From Chitinophaga pinensis (GTDB lineage: Bacteria; Bacteroidota; Bacteroidia; NS11-12g; UBA955): 64,000 nucleotides of DNA. The number at the start of each line of letters is the position of its first letter. The first letter of the stretch is position 1. This document shows positions 29,403 to 39,037 of this stretch, in pieces. The stretch lies in the NCBI GenBank assembly GCA_945877575.1, contig CAMDUE010000002.1:197861-261860 (forward strand). The letters run 5' to 3'. Below the pieces are notes generated by a model, which saw only the letters and a program-made list of their open reading frames with translations, was not told the DNA's origin and did no database searches. A program made the position numbers and the translations under genes.

Positions 29403-30905
29403 CAGTTCTTCAAGGGTGGCGATGTCTTTGACGGATTTATCGCGGCGCCAGCGCACGATGCGAGGGAAACGAACGGCGATGCCGCTTTTATGTCGGGTGC
29501 TACGATTGATTCCTTCGAAGGCGAGTTCGAAGACGAGTTCGGCGTCTACACTTTTTACAGGGCCGAAACTTTCACGGGTGTGGAGTTTGATCCATTTATT
29601 GACTTCTAGAATTTCAGCGTCAGTGAGTCCGGAATAGGCTTTAGCAAACGGTACGAGTTCCTCGCCTTTGTAAATGGCGAAGGTAAAATCGGTATATAGG
29701 TTGGCGCGACGACCGTGTCCGCGTTGGGCGTAGATGAGAACGGCATCAACAGTGTCTGCGTCGACTTTCCATTTCCACCAATCGCCGCGTTTACGTCCAA
29801 TTCCATAGGCTGAATCTTTGCGTTTGATCATGAGTCCTTCGCTTCTTATTTGGGAGGATTCATTTCTGATTTTCTGGAGTTCTTCAAAGTCTTTGGGATG
29901 AAAAACGGGACTGGGCTGTATGTGAGTGTTTGGTGATGGGAATAGATTGTCTAGTTGTTGTCGACGATTGAAAAGGGGTTCCTGGCGAAGGTCTTGACCG
30001 TTAATTTCGAGGAGGTCATAGGCTAAAAACACGACAGGGTAGTCTGTGAGAGTTTTTTTTCCGGGGGACTTTCTTCCGAGTCTTTTTTGCAGGTCTTGAA
30101 ACGGTCTTGGGAGTTGAAGTTCAAAGTCCCAACAAAGGATTTCCCCATCGAGGGCGCCCGAAAAAGCATCCCAAGAAAGCATGGAGGAAGCAAGTTCAGG
30201 AAATTGGTGGGTGATGATGTCTTCGCCGCGTGACCAGAGGTTTATGGAGTTGTTGCGTTTGATGATTTGCGCGCGGATGCCATCCCATTTAGGCTCTATT
30301 TGATAATTTGTAAGTGGATGAATATCTGTTGATTGAGGATCTTCATTGAAGGGAGACGCAAGGAAAAAAGGGTATGGTTTGGTAGAATTTAGATGGGGTT
30401 TTGGTGAGATGATGAGGTCTTGGTAGTTGGAGTTTTGCACGGTCCAATTTCCCATCAATCGGAGGTTGAGCTCGTCTTTTTCGATGCCTGTGTGAGCGTG
30501 AAGGGCTTGAACGAGAAGTCCTTGAGAGACGCCAAGTCGGAAGCCGCCGGTGAGGAGTTTGATTGATGGTAGTTGGTAGGGGGTAGAGGGTAGGGGGTAG
30601 AGGGACTGTGAGTTTTGGAGGATGAGGTGGATGGTTTCGGCGAGGTCACCTACTACGGAGTAGGATTCTTCGAAGAGCCAATCGGGGATTTGGGCGGTTT
30701 GGATGGCCCATTGTTTGAGTTCGGATAGTTTGATTTGTCGTTTGGGTCGGCGGCCGGTGAAGATTGCGATGACCATGAGTTTGTCAGGGTCTGGGGCTTG
30801 GTTGAAATAATGGGTTAGGGCTTGCACCTTACGGGAGTTTTTGGTGGTGGAGTCGAGTTCGTAGAAAAGTTTGGAAAAGAGATCAGGAACTTCGAAGATG
30901 TGCAT
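29385..30905 (-). CDS. ATP-dependent DNA ligase (ligase-associated DNA damage response type)
   Basis: N-terminal FSKLFYELDSTTKNSRKVQALTHYF. Motif I EPKWDGIRAQI (the adenylated Lys). 506 aa. Contains an in-frame GGTAGN array. Confidence 0.8.
   Translation of the reverse strand: MHIFEVPDLFSKLFYELDSTTKNSRKVQALTHYFNQAPDPDKLMVIAIFTGRRPKRQIKLSELKQWAIQTAQIPDWLFEESYSVVGDLAETIHLILQNSQSLYPLPSTPYQLPSIKLLTGGFRLGVSQGLLVQALHAHTGIEKDELNLRLMGNWTVQNSNYQDLIISPKPHLNSTKPYPFFLASPFNEDPQSTDIHPLTNYQIEPKWDGIRAQIIKRNNSINLWSRGEDIITHQFPELASSMLSWDAFSGALDGEILCWDFELQLPRPFQDLQKRLGRKSPGKKTLTDYPVVFLAYDLLEINGQDLRQEPLFNRRQQLDNLFPSPNTHIQPSPVFHPKDFEELQKIRNESSQIRSEGLMIKRKDSAYGIGRKRGDWWKWKVDADTVDAVLIYAQRGHGRRANLYTDFTFAIYKGEELVPFAKAYSGLTDAEILEVNKWIKLHTRESFGPVKSVDAELVFELAFEGINRSTRHKSGIAVRFPRIVRWRRDKSVKDIATLEELLSRIT
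30568..30605. repeat. (GGTAGN)6 array in-frame inside the ligase CDS
   Basis: ggtagttggtagggggtagagggtagggggtagaggg. Encodes PLPSTPYQLPS on the minus strand. Confidence 0.8.
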
Positions 30906-30906
30906 G

Positions 30907-30921
30907 TTGCGAATTTCGCAA
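30907..30921. promoter_or_regulatory. Perfect palindrome TTGCGAATTTCGCAA (TTGCG-W5-CGCAA), candidate operator
   Basis: Lies 1 bp upstream of the ligase ATG and 65 bp upstream of the wecB ATG. The same half-sites occur at 38981 and 39022. Confidence 0.4.
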
Positions 30922-30986
30922 ATTTTGGCGGGGAGTTTTGTGAAAAATGCAAGAACTTAGAAAATTGAATGACTTAACTTTGCACC

Positions 30987-32081
30987 ATGAAAATCACGTT
31001 GGTTGCGGGGGCGAGACCCAACTTTATGAAGATAGCTCCAATCCTTAGGGCAATTGAGGGGGCGGCGATTCGTGGGGAAGATATTCAATATCGATTGGTG
31101 CATACTGGACAGCACTACGACAAGGCAATGTCGGGTAGCTTCTTTGAGCAATTGGGAATTCCTGAGCCAAACGTGAATTTGGAATGTGGAGGTGGAAGTC
31201 ATGCAGAGCAGACTGCGGCTATTATGGTTGCGTTTGAGAAAGAGTTGATGGCACACCCTTGCGATTGGGTGGTGGTGGTTGGAGATGTTACTTCTACAAT
31301 GGCCTGTTCAATTTCAGCTAAGAAGTTACATATTAAGGTTGCGCACGTAGAGGGAGGAATCAGAAGCGGTGATATTACCATGCCCGAAGAGATCAATCGT
31401 TTGGTGACAGACAGCATCACGGATGTGTTTTTTACCACATCGGAGGTGGCTAACAGTAATTTGAGAAAAGCTGGGGTATCGGAGGAGAGCATTGTTTTTG
31501 TGGGTAATACCATGATTGACACGTTGTTGAGGCATGAAAATGATTTTGTAGCACCTGCATTTTGGGAGGCTGAGTCTTTGAAGAAGGGTGACTATTTGGT
31601 GATGACCTTGCATAGGCCATCGAATGTGGATGATGCTGATCAGTTGAGGTCTATTTTCGAGGTGATTGATGATGAATTGAAAGATCATAAAGTGGTTTTT
31701 CCAGTACATCCGAGAACCCGAAAAAACATGGAAAGTTTTGGAATTAAGCCTATGAATGTGGTGATGGCTGAGCCTTTGGGGTATTTTGAATTCAATTATT
31801 TGGTGAAAAATGCCAAAGGGGTGATTACCGATTCAGGGGGAATTACAGAAGAGACCACTGTGATGGGTGTTCCGTGTATCACTATGAGGAATAGCACCGA
31901 AAGACCGGAGACGGTTGATATTGGTACCAATGAGTTGATAGGAACCGACCCTGAAAATTTGAGAAAAGCATTGAAACAACTGCTTTCGGGCCAATGGAAA
32001 AAAGGAAATATTCCTCCAATGTGGGACGGTAAAACTGCTGAGCGAATCGTGGAGTGGTTTTCTCTAAATTTGCAAAAATGA
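30987..32081 (+). CDS. wecB: UDP-N-acetylglucosamine 2-epimerase (non-hydrolysing)
   Basis: MKITLVAGARPNFMKIAPI...HTGQHYD. 364 aa. Confidence 0.9.
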   Translation: MKITLVAGARPNFMKIAPILRAIEGAAIRGEDIQYRLVHTGQHYDKAMSGSFFEQLGIPEPNVNLECGGGSHAEQTAAIMVAFEKELMAHPCDWVVVVGDVTSTMACSISAKKLHIKVAHVEGGIRSGDITMPEEINRLVTDSITDVFFTTSEVANSNLRKAGVSEESIVFVGNTMIDTLLRHENDFVAPAFWEAESLKKGDYLVMTLHRPSNVDDADQLRSIFEVIDDELKDHKVVFPVHPRTRKNMESFGIKPMNVVMAEPLGYFEFNYLVKNAKGVITDSGGITEETTVMGVPCITMRNSTERPETVDIGTNELIGTDPENLRKALKQLLSGQWKKGNIPPMWDGKTAERIVEWFSLNLQK

Positions 32082-34399
32082 AAATTTCCGTTAATTGGTT
32101 AAAATCTTTGGTTCCGGTGGAGGAAAGCGCGCAGCAAATTGCTGATCGATTGTCGGTTTCGGGACTAGAAGTGGAGCATATAGAAGAGTGGGAGAGTTTG
32201 CCCGGAGGATTGAAGGGATTTATTGTTGGTCAGGTACTTACCTGCGAAAAACACCCTGATGCCGATCGGTTGAGCGTGACTACGGTTGATGTTGGAACGG
32301 GTGAACCCTTAAATATTGTTTGCGGTGCACCGAATGTGGCGGCGGGTCAGAAAGTGGTGGTAGCTACGGTGGGCACGGAAGTTAGAATCCCCGGAAAAGA
32401 ACCTTTTTCCATAGGAAAAAGTAAGATCCGCGGAGCAGTGAGTGAGGGCATGATTTGCGCTGAAGATGAGATGGGACTGAGTGCGGGGCACGATGGAATC
32501 ATGGTTCTTCCTGATTCTGTGGAAGTAGGAACTTTGGCAGCAGATTATTTTGGAATTGAGCGTGATACGGTTCTTGAAATTGGATTGACAGCGAACCGAG
32601 GAGATGCCGCTTCTCATTTGGGAGTTGCTCGCGATGTCGCTGCCTTATATGGGGCAACAGTATTGGAGCAAAAGTCACTGGATTTTGAGGGATTGGGCTC
32701 TGCTTCGAAGAGCATTGTTATAGAAAATAGCGAGCTTTGTCGCAGATATGTAGGAGTGAGTATTGAAGGGGTTGAAATTAAAGAGTCGCCCGAATGGTTG
32801 AAAAACCGTTTGAAAGCCATTGATATTGAGCCCAAGAACAATGTGGTGGATGCCACTAATTATGTGTTGCATCATTTTGGGCAGCCGGTTCATGCTTTTG
32901 ATGCTGATTGTTTGGGAAAAGAAGTTTATGTTAAGTTGGCTTCCGGCCAAAAGGCGGTTCTTTTGGATGGTAAGGAGATTGAATTGAAAACTTCAGACCT
33001 GGTGATTGCAGATGATCAAAATATTCTTGCATTGGCCGGGGTGATGGGCGGAAAATCATCGGCGGTGAGCGGTGAAACCAAGAATTTATTTTTGGAAATC
33101 GCGCATTTTCATCCCACTTATGTGAGAAAATCGGCCAAGGCGCATGTGATTAATACGGATGCTTCTTTCCGGTTTGAAAGAGGAATTGACATTGAGAACC
33201 TTCCCAATGTGGCTGGGTTCTTGTCAGGGTTGATTTTGGATATTTCCGGAGGACGTTTGGTTGGAATGACGGATGAATATCCTTCGGAAAGAGAAAAGAA
33301 AACCATCGATTTGAGTTTGGGTGCATTGAATCAATTTGCGGGATATACCTACGAAGTGGCAGATGTGGAGCGGATCTTGAGCAGTTTGGGATTTGAAGTT
33401 CAAGGTGCGAGCGAAGGACATTGGATGGTGGACGTTCCAGGTTGGCGCAACGATGTTGAGCAGGTGGTTGACTTGTACGAAGAGGTCATGCGGATATACG
33501 GTTACGACCGAATTCCGATGAGCGGAAAAATGCAGGTGTCGTTGGGTGATTTCAGCGGCATGGAGCGCAAGAAAAAGGAGAATATTACTCGCAACTATTT
33601 GGTTGATAGAGGTTTATTTGAAGCACAAACGAACAGTTTGGTATCGCCTGAATGGTATAATAGTGAGAGTTTGGTTGGATTAAGCAATCCATTGAGCGCG
33701 GACATGTCTGTGATGCGGGAGAGTTTGATTCCGGGTCTTTTGCAGTCGGTGGCGTACAATCAAAACAGGCAAGCCCGCAGGGTTCAGTTGTTTGAATTCG
33801 GACGTGTGTACGGGAAGAGCGATTCTGGAGAGTTTAAGGAAACGCCGGTGTTGGCCATTGTTTTATGGGGCTCGAAAGATGTGGAGTCTTGGGAAGGCCG
33901 CGAGGAAAAGGTTGATTTTTTCAGCTTGAAGCGTTTGGTTTCTGGACTTTTAGCGCGTTTGGATAGTGGTTTGTCGGTGGCAGATTGCGAAATCAAGCGT
34001 GTTTCTGGGGCGTGGATGAAGAAAGCTGATGTTTCGGGTGAAGTATGGTCAGTAGAAATACCATTGAAGAAATTGTACAAGCCTGGTCGGAAGCAAGTTC
34101 GTTACGAAGAGGCATCGAAGTTCTTCCAAGTGAGGAGGGATTTGAGTTTGGTGGTAGATAAAGCGGTTGGATTTGCTCAATTGGAGACGTTGGTAAAGTC
34201 TTCTAAAATGAAGAATTTGGTTGAGTTTAAGGTTTTTGATGTATTTGAAGGCAAACCTTTGGATGAGGGCAAAAAAGCCATTTCATTGAGTTTTGCGTTT
34301 AATAAGAAAGACGAACCCATGAAAGAGGGCGAAGCCGATGCAAGTATGGATCGACTGATGAAGTCTTTTGAAGAAATGGGTGCGTTGATTCGCAGATAA
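32078..34399 (+). CDS. pheT: Phenylalanine--tRNA ligase beta subunit
   Basis: MKISVNWLKSLV N-terminus. tRNA-binding, B3/4 and FDX-ACB domains. Start taken at the internal Met, which overlaps the wecB stop (ATGA). Confidence 0.9.
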   Translation: MKISVNWLKSLVPVEESAQQIADRLSVSGLEVEHIEEWESLPGGLKGFIVGQVLTCEKHPDADRLSVTTVDVGTGEPLNIVCGAPNVAAGQKVVVATVGTEVRIPGKEPFSIGKSKIRGAVSEGMICAEDEMGLSAGHDGIMVLPDSVEVGTLAADYFGIERDTVLEIGLTANRGDAASHLGVARDVAALYGATVLEQKSLDFEGLGSASKSIVIENSELCRRYVGVSIEGVEIKESPEWLKNRLKAIDIEPKNNVVDATNYVLHHFGQPVHAFDADCLGKEVYVKLASGQKAVLLDGKEIELKTSDLVIADDQNILALAGVMGGKSSAVSGETKNLFLEIAHFHPTYVRKSAKAHVINTDASFRFERGIDIENLPNVAGFLSGLILDISGGRLVGMTDEYPSEREKKTIDLSLGALNQFAGYTYEVADVERILSSLGFEVQGASEGHWMVDVPGWRNDVEQVVDLYEEVMRIYGYDRIPMSGKMQVSLGDFSGMERKKKENITRNYLVDRGLFEAQTNSLVSPEWYNSESLVGLSNPLSADMSVMRESLIPGLLQSVAYNQNRQARRVQLFEFGRVYGKSDSGEFKETPVLAIVLWGSKDVESWEGREEKVDFFSLKRLVSGLLARLDSGLSVADCEIKRVSGAWMKKADVSGEVWSVEIPLKKLYKPGRKQVRYEEASKFFQVRRDLSLVVDKAVGFAQLETLVKSSKMKNLVEFKVFDVFEGKPLDEGKKAISLSFAFNKKDEPMKEGEADASMDRLMKSFEEMGALIRR

Positions 34400-34409
34400 A
34401 ATCAAAAAT

Positions 34410-35132
34410 GTGAAAACCATAACCGTAGATATTGGAAATACCCGATCTAAATATGTGGTTTGGAGCAATGAAGGCTTGATGCTTGAGCATGGAAGCGATG
34501 TGTTGATGGTTGATTTGTTGGCGCGGTTTCCAGATTCAAAGATGGTAGTGTCTTGCGTGGGTAAACGGAACGAAGTTGTGCCTGTTGAAGCGAAATTTTT
34601 AGAGGTTGGAGGCCGTTTTCCTTTTGAAATTGGTATTGAGCAACCCCATACTTTGGGTGTTGATCGATTGGCAGGCATGTTGGGTGCTTTTCATAAGTTT
34701 TCGGAAAGCGATTTGTTGGTAATTGATTTGGGAAGCTGTGTAACCTATGATTATTTGTATTTAAAAGGCGATCATGGATTGCCCATTTATGCGGGTGGTG
34801 CAATTTCGCCGGGTTTGAGATTTCGATATGTGGTGATGTCTGAACATACGGCGGCACTTCCATATTTGGGTGATGAAGTTTCGAATTTTCTTCATGTTGT
34901 GAATGATGTAGAGAGAAATACCGTGACTGCTATGCATTCTGGAGTGCTTTTGGGTTTTTTGGATGAAGTTTCGGGAAGGGTTGATCGATTTTTTAAAGAA
35001 TATCAAGATGGATTGGTCGTTTTTACGGGTGGAGATGCCGAGTTGATTCATGAAAAGTTGGGTAATCGCTGGAAATCAAAGATATTTGTGGAACCGTGGT
35101 TGGTTCACTACGGACTTTATCATGCGTTATAA
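34410..35132 (+). CDS. coaX: Type III pantothenate kinase
   Basis: MKTITVDIGNTRSK N-terminus. 240 aa. Confidence 0.85.
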   Translation: MKTITVDIGNTRSKYVVWSNEGLMLEHGSDVLMVDLLARFPDSKMVVSCVGKRNEVVPVEAKFLEVGGRFPFEIGIEQPHTLGVDRLAGMLGAFHKFSESDLLVIDLGSCVTYDYLYLKGDHGLPIYAGGAISPGLRFRYVVMSEHTAALPYLGDEVSNFLHVVNDVERNTVTAMHSGVLLGFLDEVSGRVDRFFKEYQDGLVVFTGGDAELIHEKLGNRWKSKIFVEPWLVHYGLYHAL

Positions 35133-36477
35133 AATAATTTTTGTCCTCATTTGGTGTTTTTTCACTTCTTCTGAAGGCTTTGGTCAGGGTAGTAGTGGGC
35201 AGAATTTCATCAGTTCACCTTATAGTAATTACGGTTTGGGAGATTGGACGCAAACCAATCAATACAATGCTTTTGGCGCACATAGTACATTTTCTGGATT
35301 ATACTCCTATTCGATGATGAATCCTGCAACTTTGGGGAATGTACGTTTCACTACATTAGATGTTGCAAGTAATTTGAGGTCAGGAACAACTACATCCGGA
35401 AGTGAGAAACAAGAGTTCTTGGGGGGTAATTTTGAATATTTGAGCTTGGCTCTTCCGGTTTGGAAGTACTTGAAAAGAAAACAGATTGGATTTGATACGG
35501 CTAGGAATGTAAAGCGTTGGAAATACACACCATTCGGTGCTTCAACCGCTATTACTTTAAGACCTCTCACCACGAAGGGTTATTCTTATTTTTTGGATAA
35601 TCAACAGGTTTTACCCACGCGCACCAGTTTTACCGGTTCAGGGGGAGTAAGCCAATTGATGTGGAATACAGGTTTCAGGTTTAGTGATCATTTTATGTTG
35701 GGTTATGGAACAGGATTTCTATTTGGCAATACTTCCGAAAAAGCATTATTTTCTATACCAGATAGTTTGGAGTTGGGTTTAGTTGAGGATTCTCGTACCT
35801 TGGTTTTCAGAGGTATGCAACAACAAGTGGGTGCTTTGATTCAATTTAAGATTGATACTACCTATCACAAAATTGGTGGCTATTATGAGTGGTATGGCGA
35901 TGTCAATGCCATTCAGAATAGGTTGACTCGTACCATGGCATACAACGTGAGTTTTACCTCACCGTTAGATACCATCATCAACGAAGTTGGTGTAAACAGG
36001 GGATTGACTTTGCCTCCCGCTTTTGGTTTCGGTTACACCCTTAGAATTCGAAATGATCTTCAACTGAGTGCTGACTATCGCAGGCAACTTTGGTCTAAGT
36101 ATGATGCCTTTTTTGATAGTAAAAAGGATTATCAAGACCGAGAGGATTACAATTTCAATTTGATTATCAATCCTTTAGATTATAAACTTGGCAATGTCAA
36201 GAAAATGCCAATGCCTATTCGTTTGGGATATGGATTGACCCATTCTCATATTTCGTTGAATGGTTCAAGATTGGAAGAGCAGCGGTATTCTGTGGGTGTG
36301 GGAATTCCTATGATTCGCAGATACTTTGACAATTCGGTAATCACGAATATGATTCACGTGAATCTGCAGTACATGACCCGCGGCGCAGGTTTGGCATATC
36401 CTAAAGAACAATTCATCACATTAGGAATAGGATTACAATTAGGTGATATTTGGTTTGCAAAACGCAAATATGATTAA
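35122..36477 (+). CDS. Putative outer-membrane protein (signal peptide, beta-rich)
   Basis: Signal peptide MRYKIIFVLIWCFFTSSEGFGQ. Alternating hydrophobic pattern. C-terminal aromatic residue. Confidence 0.4.
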   Translation: MRYKIIFVLIWCFFTSSEGFGQGSSGQNFISSPYSNYGLGDWTQTNQYNAFGAHSTFSGLYSYSMMNPATLGNVRFTTLDVASNLRSGTTTSGSEKQEFLGGNFEYLSLALPVWKYLKRKQIGFDTARNVKRWKYTPFGASTAITLRPLTTKGYSYFLDNQQVLPTRTSFTGSGGVSQLMWNTGFRFSDHFMLGYGTGFLFGNTSEKALFSIPDSLELGLVEDSRTLVFRGMQQQVGALIQFKIDTTYHKIGGYYEWYGDVNAIQNRLTRTMAYNVSFTSPLDTIINEVGVNRGLTLPPAFGFGYTLRIRNDLQLSADYRRQLWSKYDAFFDSKKDYQDREDYNFNLIINPLDYKLGNVKKMPMPIRLGYGLTHSHISLNGSRLEEQRYSVGVGIPMIRRYFDNSVITNMIHVNLQYMTRGAGLAYPKEQFITLGIGLQLGDIWFAKRKYD

Positions 36478-37060
36478 AAGTGTTTCTTGGGTAATGTTGG
36501 TATTCGCTGTGGTTGCTTGCAGCGATTTAGATACTAGCGCATACCGAAGAAAACGCACACAAGATTCCATTGCCACCCGTGAATACGCTGAAAAGGTAAC
36601 CATTGAGTACACAGATTCTGGGTATTTGAGGGCGCGAGTGTTTTCACCGGTCTTGGTGGCTGTGAAACAATCGGGAAGTCAGTTCATTGAAATGAACAAA
36701 GGATTGAAAGTTGATTTTTACGATCCTGATGGTTCCATTGCGAGTTATATGACGGCCGAATATGGAATCAGTTATCCAGACAAAAAAGAGATAATTGTTC
36801 GACGAAATGTAGAAATCTTGAATGTCAAAGGCGAGGTTTTAAATACCGAAGAACTGCGTTGGGATCAACGAACTGGGAAAATCATTACTGATCGATTTGT
36901 AAAAATCACCACTAAAGATCAAATCATAACTGGCCAAGGATTGATCAGTGATCAATCATTTACTGACTGGGAAATATTAGAAGTATCAGCCACATTAAAC
37001 GTTCCACATGATCAAATACCACGTCCTCGCTCTGTTGTCCCTGGTCGCGGCCGCTATTAG
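36443..37060 (+). CDS. LptC-like LPS export lipoprotein
   Basis: Lipoprotein signal VVACSD. Bacteroidetes LptC-like beta-jellyroll size. The C-terminal 20 aa may be read-through. Confidence 0.5.
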   Translation: MIFGLQNANMIKSVSWVMLVFAVVACSDLDTSAYRRKRTQDSIATREYAEKVTIEYTDSGYLRARVFSPVLVAVKQSGSQFIEMNKGLKVDFYDPDGSIASYMTAEYGISYPDKKEIIVRRNVEILNVKGEVLNTEELRWDQRTGKIITDRFVKITTKDQIITGQGLISDQSFTDWEILEVSATLNVPHDQIPRPRSVVPGRGRY

Positions 37061-37202
37061 TGCGGTTGAGATTCTGGTAGTTTTTAGTAAGAATCCAACA
37101 GGATATTTATCTGATTTTGAATTTTGGTTATTGACGGGTGTCTTTGCTTTGTCAATGGTGATGTATTTCCGTGTGAAGCGGGAGCGCAAGAAAACCTTGT
37201 GA
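37008..37202 (+). CDS. Small two-TM membrane protein (hypothetical)
   Basis: 64 aa. Two hydrophobic helices and a basic C-terminus KRERKKTL. Overlaps the LptC-like ORF tail. Confidence 0.3.
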   Translation: MIKYHVLALLSLVAAAISAVEILVVFSKNPTGYLSDFEFWLLTGVFALSMVMYFRVKRERKKTL

Positions 37203-37269
37203 ATGTGAATTTCTAAAGTTTTCCACATAGATATTAACATTTATACATACTTCTTGGTATATTTGCTCC

Positions 37270-37899
37270 ATGAGTAAAAAGTCGACCCGAGAAAACATCC
37301 TCAGAAAATGTTTTGAAGCTGTTGAAAAACAAGGATTTGAGGCTCTTAGAACAGACAAAGAGATTCAAAATTTAAGTATATCGAAGGGGGCATTTTATCA
37401 TTATTTTCCAACGAAATTAGACTTGGGATATGCCTTGATTGAGGAAATAATCAAGCCAAAATACGAACAAAAGTGGTCAACCTTATTGGAAAATGAGTCG
37501 GAGATTGCATGGGCATTGCACAATTTGCTGGAAAAAGAGAAGGCCACCGCAAGCGAACAATTGATTTCAAGGGGCGATGTTCTGTACAACTTGATGTTGG
37601 AAATGAGCGGGGTTGATTCGCAATTTCGACTAAAGTTGGATGAGGTTTTAGAGATACAGGTGAAAATCTTGCAGAAAGCTTTGTTGGCTGGAAAGAATAA
37701 CGGACAATTCAAGTCGGGAATGGACTCACGTTCAATGGCTTATTTGTTGATAGGACAGTTGCACGGATGTTATGCAATAGCCAAAACGCGCGCGAGCAAA
37801 GAGGTTTTTATTTCAATGGTTAGCGCTTTGCAGCGTCAGTTACAGGAAGTGTTATATGCACAAGACCCCTCGCTGATGAAGCAAAGGGTCCTGGTTTAA
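37270..37899 (+). CDS. TetR/AcrR family transcriptional regulator
   Basis: N-terminal HTH KGAFYHYFPTKLDLGYALIEE. Confidence 0.8.
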   Translation: MSKKSTRENILRKCFEAVEKQGFEALRTDKEIQNLSISKGAFYHYFPTKLDLGYALIEEIIKPKYEQKWSTLLENESEIAWALHNLLEKEKATASEQLISRGDVLYNLMLEMSGVDSQFRLKLDEVLEIQVKILQKALLAGKNNGQFKSGMDSRSMAYLLIGQLHGCYAIAKTRASKEVFISMVSALQRQLQEVLYAQDPSLMKQRVLV

Positions 37900-37933
37900 G
37901 ATCGGAAGAAAGTAAGAGTAATATTTATAGATG

Positions 37934-37970
37934 ATGCTCGGATTTAGAAAAGTCCGAGCATTTGTTTTTT
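37934..37970. terminator. Intrinsic terminator hairpin (9-bp perfect stem ATGCTCGGA/TCCGAGCAT, T-run)
   Basis: Seen directly, immediately after the TetR stop codon. The stop codon of the convergent minus-strand gene lies in the loop. Confidence 0.6.
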
Positions 37971-38960
37971 AGAGCCGTAGTCTTGAATGAGGAATTTGTT
38001 TCTCGCAGATTGTCCGGTTTTGCTGATAAGAGTGCCATTTTCTTTGCAGGTTTCGAGCCAATTTTCGGTAGAATACACCCAGTGGGGCGCTTCACTGAAT
38101 ACCACGCCACTCATTTGCGAACAGATTACAGCAATTTTATCTTTTAGGGTATGAAAAATGATGGAATTATCGGTGGTAATCATGGGCGTAAAAAATAATT
38201 TGTAACGCGCTCCCATATATTCTTCAACATAAGGATTGAGTTTTCGACCGAGTTCAGCCTGTCTATACACCAAGTTGATGAGTTGATCGTATTCCTTAAG
38301 AACATTGAGGAAGGTGCGGTCATCGGCGAACATTCCAGATTCTTTGTAGTGATAAATTTGATAAAGGGTTGAATATAGGGTTTCATATCCCCAGATTTCA
38401 TGCGAAGCAATTTTGAGGTATTTTTCGGCGAGTTTCATCCACTTGAATTCATTGGGCTTTGCTTGAAATTTCGTTTTATTCAATTCAGGTTGTTTGAGAA
38501 ATTCCCGGTTCCAAATGAAGTTTTTGAACTGGGCCAGCGCCGGAAACCACATATAGTAGAACATAGGCACCTCTTTGGCACCATACATTATATGTGAGTG
38601 ATTTTGGTGGATGCAATGATCGAGACGCGATTCAAGTTCCGTATAAAAATCGTCTGAGGTATAAGTTTCAAAATTGAGGGTTTTTAATTGTCCGCTTAGC
38701 CAATTATTATCAGCGTGTGAGAATTTATTGAGGTCAATATTGAACTCTTTGGCGAGTAAAATCATTTCATCGGCTCTAAGTGACTGCGGATTTCTGAGTC
38801 GGCGGTATGCCGCATCCTCCGAAATACATAGCAAATCAGCCATGATGGTTGCCGTTCTAAATCCCAATTTGCGGGTTTTTTCAGTAAATTCTTGAGTAAA
38901 AGTATGTGCCATAAGCTTTATAAAAGTGTTTGACCCATTAGACACCAATTTTTTGGACAT
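37944..38960 (-). CDS. HTH domain-containing protein of unknown family (putative regulator)
   Basis: N-terminal HTH-like KLGFRTATIMADLLCISEDAAYRRL. 338 aa. Divergent from the giant T9SS gene. Confidence 0.45.
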   Translation of the reverse strand: MSKKLVSNGSNTFIKLMAHTFTQEFTEKTRKLGFRTATIMADLLCISEDAAYRRLRNPQSLRADEMILLAKEFNIDLNKFSHADNNWLSGQLKTLNFETYTSDDFYTELESRLDHCIHQNHSHIMYGAKEVPMFYYMWFPALAQFKNFIWNREFLKQPELNKTKFQAKPNEFKWMKLAEKYLKIASHEIWGYETLYSTLYQIYHYKESGMFADDRTFLNVLKEYDQLINLVYRQAELGRKLNPYVEEYMGARYKLFFTPMITTDNSIIFHTLKDKIAVICSQMSGVVFSEAPHWVYSTENWLETCKENGTLISKTGQSARNKFLIQDYGSKKQMLGLF

Positions 38961-38978
38961 CCCCTAAAAAAAATTTCG

Positions 38979-39037
38979 ATTTGCGAAAAATGCAAATTCT
39001 TTTTTCCGGGGGACGTTGAATTTGCGAAAAACGCAAG
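38979..39037. promoter_or_regulatory. Two near-palindromic TTGCG-AAAAA-YGCAA sites 41 bp apart (candidate operators)
   Basis: ATTTGCGAAAAATGCAAAT at 38979-38997. TTTGCGAAAAACGCAAG at 39021-39037. Both sit in the divergent intergenic region. Confidence 0.45.
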
